Notes: generated from the letters alone by a model not told the origin. A stretch of 64,000 bases of DNA from Phormidium sp. (GCA_051013385.1 CP143273.1:1984001-2048000), one strand, 5' to 3'. Positions 44,585 to 55,062 are shown, counted from the stretch's first letter. Made by a program: numbers and translations.

Positions 44585-44696
44585 TGAGGGTAAGATTTTT
44601 TGAACCACGTTCGCGTAGCGGTGCGTAGCACTTAGACGCGAAGGACACGAAGGAAGAGGGATGATTTATTTCTGTGGTTTAATATAATTGCAAGCT

Positions 44697-44729
44697 AGAT
44701 CCCCGACTTCTTCAAGAAGTCGGGGATCT
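44697..44729. repeat. 33-bp palindromic dispersed repeat
   Basis: AGATCCCCGACTTCTTCAAGAAGTCGGGGATCT, identical at 57357-57389. Confidence 0.9.
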
Positions 44730-44761
44730 GTGTACCTCACTCGTTAAATCCATTAATCATT

Positions 44762-46150
44762 ATGACTCGACGTATTGCTGATATTCTGAAAAGTGGTCAA
44801 CCTGATGAATCTGTTAAGGTGCAAGGTTGGGTTCGCACGAAACGGGAGTTAAAGGAGTTTGCTTTTGTTGAGGTGAATGATGGTTCTTCAATGGCAAATT
44901 TACAGGTGGTTTTAAATCCTGATTTGGCAGATTATGGGACAATAATTAAACAATTAAATACTGGTGCGTCGGTGGAAGTTGAGGGGGTTTTGGTTGAGTC
45001 TCCGGCGAAGGGACAAAGAATTGAGTTGAAGGCTTCTAGTGCAAAAGTTTTTGGAGAAGCCGATCCAGAAACTTATCCTTTGCAGAAGAAACGGCATTCT
45101 TTTGAGTTTTTAAGGGATATTGGACATTTGCGATCGCGTACTAACACTTTCGGCGCAGTTTTTCGGGTGAGAAATGCTTGTGCAACTGCGATTCATAAGT
45201 TTTTCCAGGAACGGGGTTTTTTATGGATTCATGCACCCATTATTACCGCTAGTGACTGCGAAGGTGCAGGGGAAATGTTCACGGTTACGGGTTTTAATTT
45301 AGATAAGGTTCCTCGCACTGAAAAGCAAGAGATTGATTACAGTAAAGACTTTTTTGGTCGTCCGGCTTATTTAACTGTTAGTGGACAGTTGGAAGCGGAA
45401 GTTATGGCAATGGCTTTTTCTAATGTTTATACATTTGGGCCAACTTTTCGCGCCGAAAATTCCAACACTTCCCGCCATTTGGCTGAGTTTTGGATGGTGG
45501 AACCAGAAATGGCTTTCTGCGATCTCCAAGGTGATATGGATTTGGCGGAAGAGTTTTTGAAATACATCTTTAAATATGTGTTGGAAAATTGTCCAGAAGA
45601 TATGGAGTTTTTCAACCAAAGGATTGATAATTCGGTTTTAGCAACGGCGGATAATATTATTAATAATCAGTTTGAACGGTTAACTTATACTGATGCAATT
45701 AAGCTTTTGGAAAAGGCAGATAAGAAGTTTGAGTTTCCCGTTAGTTGGGGTTTAGATTTACAATCGGAACATGAAAGATATTTGGCAGAAGAGAAGTTTA
45801 AAAAGCCTGTAATTGTTACCGATTATCCGGCAAAAATTAAAGCTTTTTATATGCGGTTAAATGATGATGAACAAACTGTCCGCGCTATGGATATTTTAGC
45901 ACCGAAAATTGGTGAAATTATCGGCGGTTCCCAAAGGGAAGAACGCTTAGATGTGCTAGAAAAGCGGATTGAAACGTTAGGAATTGATGCTGAAACTATA
46001 TGGTGGTATTTAGATTTACGCCGCTTTGGAACAGTTCCTCACGCAGGTTTTGGTTTAGGTTTTGAAAGATTGGTGCAATTTATGACGGGAATGGCTAATA
46101 TTAGAGATGTAATTCCTTTCCCCCGTGCGCCATTAACTGTGGAATTTTAG
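44762..46150 (+). CDS. asnS: Asparagine--tRNA ligase
   Basis: [40 protein letters not shown]. Confidence 0.98.
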   Translation: MTRRIADILKSGQPDESVKVQGWVRTKRELKEFAFVEVNDGSSMANLQVVLNPDLADYGTIIKQLNTGASVEVEGVLVESPAKGQRIELKASSAKVFGEADPETYPLQKKRHSFEFLRDIGHLRSRTNTFGAVFRVRNACATAIHKFFQERGFLWIHAPIITASDCEGAGEMFTVTGFNLDKVPRTEKQEIDYSKDFFGRPAYLTVSGQLEAEVMAMAFSNVYTFGPTFRAENSNTSRHLAEFWMVEPEMAFCDLQGDMDLAEEFLKYIFKYVLENCPEDMEFFNQRIDNSVLATADNIINNQFERLTYTDAIKLLEKADKKFEFPVSWGLDLQSEHERYLAEEKFKKPVIVTDYPAKIKAFYMRLNDDEQTVRAMDILAPKIGEIIGGSQREERLDVLEKRIETLGIDAETIWWYLDLRRFGTVPHAGFGLGFERLVQFMTGMANIRDVIPFPRAPLTVEF

Positions 46151-46154
46151 GTAA

Positions 46155-47402
46155 ATGTCATCAAAAATATGGTTTGACAAAGCGCGTTTTGGGATGTTTG
46201 TTCATTGGGGACATTGTAGCCAATCTGGTTGGGAGTTATCTTGGCCCTTGGTAGGTGGTGTGTTCAGTCTTCCCCATTGTCAAAACATCCCAGTTGAGGA
46301 ATATCACAGCAAAGCATTAAGTTTTAATCCTCAACAATATAATCCTCATAAAGTGGCGGAGTTGGCAAAGCGTTTGGGTATGCAATATGCCATTTTGACT
46401 GCTAAACATCACGATGGTTTTGCTATGTTTCATACCCAAGAATCAGATTTTTCAATTGAGCGATCGCAATACAATAAAGATATTGTAGGCGAATTTGTGG
46501 CAGCCATGCGGGAAGCAGGATTAAAGATTGGTTTATACTTTTCTTTAATTGATTGGTATCACCCAGATTATCCGGCTTTTACTGAAGCTGACAAACCTTA
46601 CACTTTTGGGAAATATCGTCAGCCAACAGCCGAACAATGGCAGAGTTACACTGAATTTATGTTCGCTCAAATTCGGGAGTTACTAACAAATTATGGAAAA
46701 ATAGATATTATTTGGTTTGATGGGAGTTGGGAACGTACCCCCGAACAATGGAAAGCTAAAGAATTAGGGGAAATGATTCGTTCTTTACAACCAGAAATCT
46801 TAATTAACGATCGCTTACCTGGATGCGGTGACTTTGATACCCCGGAACAATTTATCCCACCTCAACCACCTAATAACACTTGGGAAACTTGCATGACAAT
46901 TAACGAAAGTTGGGGTTATAATGCAACAGATAAAAGTTTTAAATCGCCTCGACAATTGATTCATACTTTATGCGAAGTTGCCGGGAAAGGGGGAAATTTA
47001 CTGTTAAATATAAGTCCAATGGGTGATGGAGAAATTCAACCGGAATTGTTGACAAGATTGGCAGAGGTGGAAAAGTGGATGAGTGCCAATGGAGAAAGTA
47101 TAATTGGCACAGAGTCGGGATTGGAACCTTGGCAGTTTTATGGAAGTTCGACGCGGAAAGGCGATCGCATTTACTTACATTTGTTGATGAAACCTTACGA
47201 TAGTATTTCTGTTCGTGGATTACCAATAAAAAGGGTAAAATCTGTTAAGGTTGTGGCAAATGGAGAAGAACTTTCCTATAGTACTCGTTGCGCGATTATC
47301 GATTCTTTGTTAAATGACAATCCGATGGGTGAGTTAATCATTCAGGTGCCAGAATCGGTAATAGATGAATATGCTACTGCGATCGCTATTGATTTGGCAT
47401 GA
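46155..47402 (+). CDS. Alpha-L-fucosidase (GH29)
   Basis: FGMFVHWG, TAKHHDGF, IWFDG nucleophile, INDR, WETCMTI.ESWGY, GNLLLN. Confidence 0.9.
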   Translation: MSSKIWFDKARFGMFVHWGHCSQSGWELSWPLVGGVFSLPHCQNIPVEEYHSKALSFNPQQYNPHKVAELAKRLGMQYAILTAKHHDGFAMFHTQESDFSIERSQYNKDIVGEFVAAMREAGLKIGLYFSLIDWYHPDYPAFTEADKPYTFGKYRQPTAEQWQSYTEFMFAQIRELLTNYGKIDIIWFDGSWERTPEQWKAKELGEMIRSLQPEILINDRLPGCGDFDTPEQFIPPQPPNNTWETCMTINESWGYNATDKSFKSPRQLIHTLCEVAGKGGNLLLNISPMGDGEIQPELLTRLAEVEKWMSANGESIIGTESGLEPWQFYGSSTRKGDRIYLHLLMKPYDSISVRGLPIKRVKSVKVVANGEELSYSTRCAIIDSLLNDNPMGELIIQVPESVIDEYATAIAIDLA

Positions 47403-48436
47403 ATAAGATGAAAAAATGGTTTTGGTGGGGGGGATTGTTGGCGATCGGCACAACTACAACAATACTTTTCTCCGCATATAATAACAACTTTTTTGGGAAT
47501 TGGTACTCCACCTTACTAACATCTCAACTAACAGCAAACAACACCACAGAAATAGTCCAAAAACTAACTGTTACACCACAACTTAAAACCCCTCAACCTA
47601 TTGCAGCACTAAAAGTTAGTAACCGCCAATTAATCGCACATATTAAAGCCTTAAACTTTGAACGCTACGAAGACATTAACCGCAGTCAAACCAGAGATTA
47701 TATTATCAATAACTTAAAAAAATCGGGATGGTTGCCAACTCTACAAACCTTCGACTTTGGTGTTAACGTAGTAGCCGAAAAACCCGGAACTAACCCGAAA
47801 GCAGGGACTATTTTATTAGCTGCACATTATGACACAGTTATTAGTTCTCCCGGCGCAGATGATAACGCAAGCGGTGTAGCAACAGTTTTAGAAGTAGCAC
47901 GTTTATTAAGTAAATTCCCAACAGATAAAACTTTAAAAGTCGCCTTTTTTGACTTAGAAGAAAAAGGACTTTTGGGTAGTTTCGCTTTTGCTAATCAACC
48001 GGAAAATTTAGCTAATTTACGAGGTGCAATAATTTTAGACATGGTTGGTTTTGCTTGCCATACTTCCGGTTGTCAGCAATATCCTCCCGGTTTACCAATT
48101 ACTCCACCAAGCGACAAAGGAGACTTTTTAGCAGTAATAGGTGATGCCGAAAGTCCTCAATTAACTGCCGCATTTAATCACAAAAATTCTTCAGATTTAC
48201 CACCAGTAATTACCTTACCTGTTCCTTTGAAAGGCATAGCAACTCCTGATTTATTACGTAGCGATCATACACCTTTTTGGCTACGGGGAATTGGTGCAGT
48301 TTTAATCACTGATACCGCAAATTTTCGCTCTCCTCACTATCATAAACCAACAGATAAACCTGATACAATTGACCAAGAATTTTTTACTGGTGTAGCGCAA
48401 ATAGTGGCGAATGCAACAGCCACATTGTTAAATTAG
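47399..48436 (+). CDS. M28 family peptidase, membrane-anchored or secreted
   Basis: AHYD, GADDNASG, FDLEEKGLLGS, LDMVG, SDH, YH. Confidence 0.92.
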   Translation: MNKMKKWFWWGGLLAIGTTTTILFSAYNNNFFGNWYSTLLTSQLTANNTTEIVQKLTVTPQLKTPQPIAALKVSNRQLIAHIKALNFERYEDINRSQTRDYIINNLKKSGWLPTLQTFDFGVNVVAEKPGTNPKAGTILLAAHYDTVISSPGADDNASGVATVLEVARLLSKFPTDKTLKVAFFDLEEKGLLGSFAFANQPENLANLRGAIILDMVGFACHTSGCQQYPPGLPITPPSDKGDFLAVIGDAESPQLTAAFNHKNSSDLPPVITLPVPLKGIATPDLLRSDHTPFWLRGIGAVLITDTANFRSPHYHKPTDKPDTIDQEFFTGVAQIVANATATLLN

Positions 48437-48442
48437 TAAAAG

Positions 48443-48495
48443 GTACGTTGTTGCGCTGAAGCGCTCTTCTGTTGCGCTGAAGCGCAACAACGTAC
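48443..48495. repeat. REPIN-like inverted repeat (GTACGTTGTTGCGC family)
   Basis: GTACGTTGTTGCGCT...AGCGCAACAACGTAC between convergent stops. Confidence 0.85.
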
Positions 48496-49211
48496 TAAAA
48501 GGGGATTTCATCATCATTGTTTACCTCTATTTTTTGATTCTCTGACTCAGGTAATTCGATCACGCCAGCGATTAATTTCCAACAAGGATCGCTACCTTCC
48601 CAATTTTCCGGTCGCCAAGGCATACTTAAACTAACTGTTACTAAACAATGATTTTTCGGACGATAGCCTAAGTCTAATTTTCGCACAAACACTGGATCTG
48701 TAATACTTGTAGTCAGTCTTTGATGATTTTCGGTGACAATTGTCCCTTCCCATTTTTGGCTTCCTTCGTATACTGCTTTCAAAGGTCTAACGTAAAACTC
48801 TACTACTTTTACTAGTTGTAAAGTCCGTCGCTGTGGGAATGGTAATGATTGCAAAAATGGGACTTCTACATATTTCAAATCATTGTGTAAAATGTATTCT
48901 TCATTGCTACAATATTTCAGCAAATAGGTTGGGGGAAATTGTCCAACTCGCTGCCATTTTCCTGGCAAAATTGAAAGGTTTTCGCTTTCAAAACCGTAGT
49001 CGGGGCCTGTTTTAGCTAAAGGAATTTGTAAAATATCTAATAATGCTGGTTCTGTTCCGCCAATTTGTCGAATTTCTTTGGTAACTTGACCTGCGGGTAA
49101 ATCGGAAACTGGTCGAATCCATTGTCCATTAAATGTAGTAATTCCGGCGATGCACCTTTCGCCTCGCTTCCATGAATTAGCAAGGCAAATTATTCTAGTC
49201 ACAGATGGCAT
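48495..49211 (-). CDS. Dual-OB-fold domain protein with acidic C-tail
   Basis: IICLANSWK.GERCIAG...WIRPV...EN...ITDP...VSLS...CWKLIAGV pattern; ends DDEIPF; start MPSV at 49211. Confidence 0.7.
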   Translation of the reverse strand: MPSVTRIICLANSWKRGERCIAGITTFNGQWIRPVSDLPAGQVTKEIRQIGGTEPALLDILQIPLAKTGPDYGFESENLSILPGKWQRVGQFPPTYLLKYCSNEEYILHNDLKYVEVPFLQSLPFPQRRTLQLVKVVEFYVRPLKAVYEGSQKWEGTIVTENHQRLTTSITDPVFVRKLDLGYRPKNHCLVTVSLSMPWRPENWEGSDPCWKLIAGVIELPESENQKIEVNNDDEIPF

Positions 49212-49645
49212 ATTTTTACATTTCCCCATTTATCCTTTAAATATTCGGCAACTAAGCGGCGATGACAATGATGTGGTTTTGGTTCGCTACAAAGCAAACA
49301 TCCACAGTCTAAAATTTCGGGAGTAACTGTTTTTTCGATCTGTCGTTGTTCGATTAAATTTAAAAATTGTTTTTCGTAAATTTCCCAATTTACACCATTC
49401 TTTTTGTAAGCGTCCAAGATGTCTTTTGTTGGTGCTAAGTCTAAAATATGAATGTATTCGATATTGCCAATTTTTTGGAGAAAATACTCTAAGTCTTTGC
49501 GTTTAGTAAAACCTGCTAGTTGGGAAACATTATTTAGGCGGGTATCGATGATTTTACGCACTCCTGATTTCAGCAAGGTTTCAAAAAATTGCTCGGCGCT
49601 TTTCTGGGTGAAGCCAATTGTAAATAGGTTAATTTCTTTACTCAT
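49199..49645 (-). CDS. DUF488 family protein (short type)
   Basis: LFTIGF, IDTRLNN.SQ, LAPT, LLCSE...CHRRLVAE; start MSKE at 49645. Confidence 0.85.
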   Translation of the reverse strand: MSKEINLFTIGFTQKSAEQFFETLLKSGVRKIIDTRLNNVSQLAGFTKRKDLEYFLQKIGNIEYIHILDLAPTKDILDAYKKNGVNWEIYEKQFLNLIEQRQIEKTVTPEILDCGCLLCSEPKPHHCHRRLVAEYLKDKWGNVKICHL

Positions 49646-50279
49646 TTTCCTTGCTGTTTTGTGAATCTTTAACATAAGCGATTTGATTGCCTTGAAGATT
49701 ATAAGCTGCTTCGAGGTCGATCGCTTCTGGTTTGGCGGGTTCTAATTCAAATAAAGTTAGTTGAATGGGTTTATTTGGCTCTTCGGTTTTATTAAATTTG
49801 CCTAAAAGTCTGGTTTCTAGTTGCTGATGAGTTTCTAAATTGCCATCTGATAAAATATGATTAATTTGTAAGTCAAACTTTTGCAATTGGCGACAAACTA
49901 AAATGGTACGATGACAGGTAATTGGGTCTTTTTCAGCACACATTAAGGCAATTTTGTAAGTTTCTGCGCCTTTGAGTAAACGCTGAATTCCTGTGGAAAA
50001 TAACTCAGTTGCGGCTATTCTTTCGTACAAAGCTTTTCCTGTAGTGTCATAACAGCTTAAATCTTCGGGTCTTGCGCCTAGTTCTCGACCTAAAAAAACA
50101 TAGTTTATTCCGGCGTTTAATAATGATGTTTTTAAGGCGGGTTGATTAAAGTGGGGAAAACGGCGGCTGTAGGGGTGGGAACGCACATCGGCTACTGCTG
50201 TAATTCCGTGTTTTTGCAGTAAGGAAATAAAGGTTTCAATATTAAGGTTTGAATGACCTATAGTAAATAGTTGATTCAT
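49638..50279 (-). CDS. DUF488 family protein (long type)
   Basis: LFTIGHS, DVRSHPYS, LGAR, LMCAEKDPITCHR; C-terminal QLTLF; start MNQL at 50279. Confidence 0.88.
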   Translation of the reverse strand: MNQLFTIGHSNLNIETFISLLQKHGITAVADVRSHPYSRRFPHFNQPALKTSLLNAGINYVFLGRELGARPEDLSCYDTTGKALYERIAATELFSTGIQRLLKGAETYKIALMCAEKDPITCHRTILVCRQLQKFDLQINHILSDGNLETHQQLETRLLGKFNKTEEPNKPIQLTLFELEPAKPEAIDLEAAYNLQGNQIAYVKDSQNSKENE

Positions 50280-50489
50280 TAGGGTTATAATTTCTATACA
50301 TTCTGGCAAATGTATTTTGATAATTATAATACTTTTTGGGGAAAAGTCAAAATATTAGTTAAAAAGTGCGATCGCTCCAACAACTCCTATAGCTGAGTTG
50401 AATTTATATCATAAGACTGAGGTATTTATTAATAAAAAGCTGAAAACTAGGAGCATAACTGGCAGTTTTGAACTGAGAAAATCAAAATA

Positions 50490-50714
50490 ATGAATTCGGA
50501 AAAACCCAGAAGTGCTACTACTCCCAGAGAGGAAACAACCGATCGCGGTTTAATTCAACCTGATGCAGGCCCAGATTCATTTGTTAACGATCTCAACGCT
50601 CGAATACCTGAAGGGATTGACCCAAATAATAATCCTGAAGATATTTTCAATCCCGACGAGCAATCTAAATTAGGCGATCGCCAAATTACGATCGCTAACC
50701 TTTCATCGGGTTAA
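50490..50714 (+). CDS. Small hydrophilic hypothetical protein
   Basis: 74-aa acidic, Pro-rich ORF with ATG in otherwise empty space. Confidence 0.6.
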   Translation: MNSEKPRSATTPREETTDRGLIQPDAGPDSFVNDLNARIPEGIDPNNNPEDIFNPDEQSKLGDRQITIANLSSG

Positions 50715-50997
50715 TACTAGGGTAAAGAAACTATCAATAACTATCTAGCGAAGTCAGATAAAAATCGACACTTCGCTATTATTAATATGCTGCTTATCAC
50801 TGATTAATTATTAATATTAATGAGTAATATCTTGCACCATATTAACTGTAAAAACGTTGTTTATTTATGTTATATTAATGGCATCCTGGCTCAAAAGCGC
50901 TGCACGGATTAAGAAAGCAGCGACAATTTGAGCCGAAATTTAGAGCGCTTAAAAGAATCATGGAAGCCAAAGTCAAAGGGCTTTAACCAAAAGTCAC

Positions 50998-51267
50998 TTA
51001 TGCAGCACTGCGAGTGAACAGGTTCCACAAGAAGATGGCAACAATTGCACCTAAAACAGCGACAATAACGCCAACAATACTTAAACTTGGGGAGGCTAAA
51101 GCTAATGAGCCTGTAGTGAATAAGTTAGCCAAACTTCCACCAACAAAAGCGCCGATGATACCTAGTAAAAGTGTGCCGAGAATGCCACCGCCTTGGTGTC
51201 CGGGATAAATAGCTTTAGCGATCGCACCTGCAATTAATCCTAAAATGATCCAAGCAAGAATATTCAT
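50998..51267 (-). CDS. GlsB/YeaQ/YmgE (transglycosylase-associated) stress membrane protein
   Basis: MNILAWIILGLIAGAIAK..YPG...LGIIGAFVGG...VLGA. Confidence 0.9.
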   Translation of the reverse strand: MNILAWIILGLIAGAIAKAIYPGHQGGGILGTLLLGIIGAFVGGSLANLFTTGSLALASPSLSIVGVIVAVLGAIVAIFLWNLFTRSAA

Positions 51268-51566
51268 GGTAAATTTCTTCTTAACCTCTTCTTTTGACAT
51301 TTACAATCTATCAGTAATAATTTGCCTAACCCATCTGCCATCCGGTATAAAGTGCTTTTTTCTATGGGAATAAATCGTTGGGTATACTCGTTGAACAGGA
51401 AATAAAAAACTATGTCTGCTGTATTTTTCCGTGATTCATCGCAACCAAACAGAGAAAGAATAAGCAATCTGTTAGTAGCAGTAAACTGGCAGTGGAGTAG
51501 GGTAAATTTAGTCAATCCAAGAAAATTATCGTGAACTATCAGGGATAGAAATTGGAGAGGTAGAAA

Positions 51567-54500
51567 ATGAATGTTCCTGAAGATATTTTTGCTGGTGGTG
51601 GAGAAATGGGAGCTTTAATGCGAAGTTTTGACTGGGGGAATACTCCTTTAGGTATAGTGGAAAATTGGTCGTCAAGTTTACGGACTGCTGTGAGTATTTT
51701 GCTCAATTCCCCTTATCCAATTTTCATTTGTTGGGGTTCTCAGTTCCTTAAATTATACAACGATAATTACATCCCCTTTTTGGCAGAAAAACACCCCCAA
51801 GCTTTAGGAAAACCTTTTGCTGAAGTTTGCCCGGAAATCTGGTCAGCAATGGGTTCAATGCTAGAAAAAGTAAGAGCAACTGGCAAAGCTGACTTATCGG
51901 AAAATATGCAAATTTCCAAGTATGGCAATAAATACCGAGAAGAAGTTTATCTGAAATTTTCTTATGCGCCTATTAGAGATGAAATTGCTCAGGTGGGGGG
52001 AATATTTGTTACTTGTGCAGAAACTACTCATAATGTGCTTCAAAAGCTTTCTTTCAAAGAGCAGCGATTGCAAAAAAGTCAACGTTTGTTACAGCAAATA
52101 ATTGATACAATTCCGGTAATTTTATATATTTATGATTTAGTAGAAAATCGCAATGTTTATGTAAATCAGCAAATTAGTGACTTGTTGGGATATACGCCAG
52201 AACAAATTCAAGAAATGGGAGAAATGTTATTTCCTTTATTAGTACATCCCGAAGATTTAGCTAAATTTCCCGATCATATCCAGCGATTTCATTCACTTCA
52301 AGAAGGGGAAATTTTAGAATCAGAATATCGGATGCGCGGCAATGATGGGAAATGGTATTGGTTAAGTGGTCGGGAAACAGTATTTAATAAAAATCCTGAT
52401 GGTACACCGAGGCAAATTCTCGGTACTGCATACAATATTACTAAACGTAAACAAGCTTTATCGGAGTTAGGATCGCAAAAAGAGCGTTTTGAATTAGCAG
52501 CAGCGGCGGTAAATTGTTTAATTTATGATTGGGATTTGCCAACAAATTTAGTCCAAAGAACTGATGGGTTAACACGCATTTTTGGCTATTTACCGGAAGA
52601 AGCAGAATCAACGCGAGATTGGTGGTCAAGTTTGATTCATCCAGAAGATTTATCCCTGGCAAAGGAGAGAGTATTTGCTCAGTTAGTCACTCAAAATCGT
52701 TATGAAATTGAGTATCGAGTGCGGTGTAAAAATAATCAATATTTGTATGTAATAGATCAGGGTATTGTCATTAAAGATAGTCAGGGACATCCGGTGCGGG
52801 TAGTGGGGACTACTACAGATATTAGCGATCGCAAAAAGTTAGAAATAGCCTTACAATGTTCCCAAGCTAAACTTAATGATATTCTCAATAGTGCGATCGC
52901 TGCTATTATCAGTTACCGAGTATATGCTGATGGTAGTTGGGAACATGAATATTTTTCCGCAGGTTGTGAAAAAGTTTTTGGTTTTACCGCCACAGAATTA
53001 AAAGAAAATCCTCATCTTTGGATGTCAAGAGTATTACCAGAAGATTTAGCTTCGTTGCTTCCTAATCGTTATCAAGACATATTTGCTGGTCGAACTAATT
53101 CAATGGAATATCGATTTCAACATAAAGATGGAACTTGGTGTTGGATTTCCGATATCATGACTTCTCGATATGAAACAGAGTTAAATTGTTGGATTGCAAC
53201 TGCTGTAGCAACTGATATCACCGAACGTAATCAATTATTAGGTGATGTGCAACTACGAGCAAGTCAATTACGTGGATTAACAGAAGCATCATTAGCAATG
53301 AATTCTGTGTTGTCAATTGAACAAGTATTGCAAGTAGTAACAGAACAAGCGCGATTAATTATTGGTGCTCATCAATCAATTACAACTATGGCGAGCGAAG
53401 GAAATTGCCGAAAACCAATTCATGTTGTCTCTTTTTCCGATAAATATGTTCAATGGCAAGATTACCAACCTAATTTTGAGATTTGCCAAATATATCCGCA
53501 AATTCGCCAGATGAATCAAGTTTTAAGAATGACGGAAACTGAGCTAATTTTAGAGCCTCAATGGATGGAATTCAATCAAAAAATGGAAAATCATCCACCA
53601 ATGCGGGGTTTATTAGTTGCACCGTTAATTAGAAGAGATGGAGTAAATATTGGAGTCATTCAACTTTCTGATAAACACTCCAGGGATTTTACCGAAGCAG
53701 ATGCAGATATTTTAGTGCAGTTGGCGCAAATGGCTTCTGTTGCGATCGAAAATTGTCGGTTATATGAAGCAGAGCAAAATGCACGTACTCAAGCAGAATC
53801 AGCTAACAGAATTAAGGATGAATTTTTAGCTGTTCTCTCCCATGAATTGCGATCGCCTTTAAATCCGATTGTTGGTTGGTCAAAATTACTGCGAAGTCGC
53901 AAATTGGATCAAAAAACTACCGATCGCGCTTTAGAAACAATAGAACGCAATGCTAAATTACAAACAGAACTAATTGAAGACTTATTAGATGTTTCCCGCA
54001 TCCTTCAAGGTAAACTCACCCTCAATATTTGTCCAGTTGACTTAAAAAGTATTATTGAAGCGGCAATGGAAACAGTCCGTTTAGCAGCCGAAGCAAAATT
54101 AATTAAAATCAAAACTCTGTTTCAACCAAATGTTAGCTTAATTACAGGCGATCCGAATCGATTGCAACAAGTAATTTGGAATTTGCTTTCCAATGCAGTT
54201 AAGTTTACCCCCAATGGTGGACAAGTAGAAATTGAATTAGAACAAATTGGGGGTTTCGTATTAATTCGAGTCAGCGATACTGGTAAAGGAATTCAACCTG
54301 ATTTTATCCCTTATATTTTTGATTACTTTCGTCAAGAAAATAGCACGACAACTCGCAAATTTGGCGGCTTAGGTTTAGGTTTAGCAATTGTACGCCATTT
54401 AGTAGAATTACATGGGGGAATTGTCCAAGCAGATAGTCAAGGTGAAGGTAAAGGAGCTACTTTTACAGTTCAATTACCAGGAAAAAGTACTAGTTTAGAG

Positions 54501-54920
54501 ACAAAATTAGAAACTCAAAATTCTGATTTAAAAACAAACTTAGATGGTGTGCGAGCTTTAGTTGTCGAAGATCAAGAAGATACGCGAGAATTAATTGTTA
54601 CGCTGCTAGAACAAGCAAACGCAATAGTAATTCCAGTCACCTCAGCGCCAGAAGCATTACAAGTTTTAACCCAATCAGAAATTGATATTTTATTAAGTGA
54701 TATTGGAATGCCAGAAATTGATGGTTATATGTTATTACAGGAAGTTAGAAATCATCCTAACCAAAAAATTAGCCAAATTCCGGCGATCGCACTTACCGCT
54801 TATGTGGGTGAATTTAACCAGCGAAAAGCCCTGAAAGCCGGATTTCAAAAACATCTCTCTAAACCTGTAGAACCAACGGAATTAATTGCCCTAGTAGCCA
54901 ACTTAGTTAATAATCCCTAA
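51567..54920 (+). CDS. Cytoplasmic hybrid histidine kinase (4 PAS, GAF, HisKA, HATPase, REC)
   Basis: GGGEMGALMRSFDW.TPLG N-terminus, LSHELRSPLN, NAVKFT, GLGLGL, LSDIGMP. Confidence 0.94.
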   Translation: MNVPEDIFAGGGEMGALMRSFDWGNTPLGIVENWSSSLRTAVSILLNSPYPIFICWGSQFLKLYNDNYIPFLAEKHPQALGKPFAEVCPEIWSAMGSMLEKVRATGKADLSENMQISKYGNKYREEVYLKFSYAPIRDEIAQVGGIFVTCAETTHNVLQKLSFKEQRLQKSQRLLQQIIDTIPVILYIYDLVENRNVYVNQQISDLLGYTPEQIQEMGEMLFPLLVHPEDLAKFPDHIQRFHSLQEGEILESEYRMRGNDGKWYWLSGRETVFNKNPDGTPRQILGTAYNITKRKQALSELGSQKERFELAAAAVNCLIYDWDLPTNLVQRTDGLTRIFGYLPEEAESTRDWWSSLIHPEDLSLAKERVFAQLVTQNRYEIEYRVRCKNNQYLYVIDQGIVIKDSQGHPVRVVGTTTDISDRKKLEIALQCSQAKLNDILNSAIAAIISYRVYADGSWEHEYFSAGCEKVFGFTATELKENPHLWMSRVLPEDLASLLPNRYQDIFAGRTNSMEYRFQHKDGTWCWISDIMTSRYETELNCWIATAVATDITERNQLLGDVQLRASQLRGLTEASLAMNSVLSIEQVLQVVTEQARLIIGAHQSITTMASEGNCRKPIHVVSFSDKYVQWQDYQPNFEICQIYPQIRQMNQVLRMTETELILEPQWMEFNQKMENHPPMRGLLVAPLIRRDGVNIGVIQLSDKHSRDFTEADADILVQLAQMASVAIENCRLYEAEQNARTQAESANRIKDEFLAVLSHELRSPLNPIVGWSKLLRSRKLDQKTTDRALETIERNAKLQTELIEDLLDVSRILQGKLTLNICPVDLKSIIEAAMETVRLAAEAKLIKIKTLFQPNVSLITGDPNRLQQVIWNLLSNAVKFTPNGGQVEIELEQIGGFVLIRVSDTGKGIQPDFIPYIFDYFRQENSTTTRKFGGLGLGLAIVRHLVELHGGIVQADSQGEGKGATFTVQLPGKSTSLETKLETQNSDLKTNLDGVRALVVEDQEDTRELIVTLLEQANAIVIPVTSAPEALQVLTQSEIDILLSDIGMPEIDGYMLLQEVRNHPNQKISQIPAIALTAYVGEFNQRKALKAGFQKHLSKPVEPTELIALVANLVNNP

Positions 54921-55062
54921 ACCAATAAAATTCATCCTTTTTATAGATGCTTAGTGTAGAAAAATACATTAATTTTTGAAAAAATCCTTGCTTTAGATAG
55001 ATTTAGCTAAAGAAAAACTTCGCTTCAATAAAATGATTCGTAACCTGCTCTACGAAATGAGT

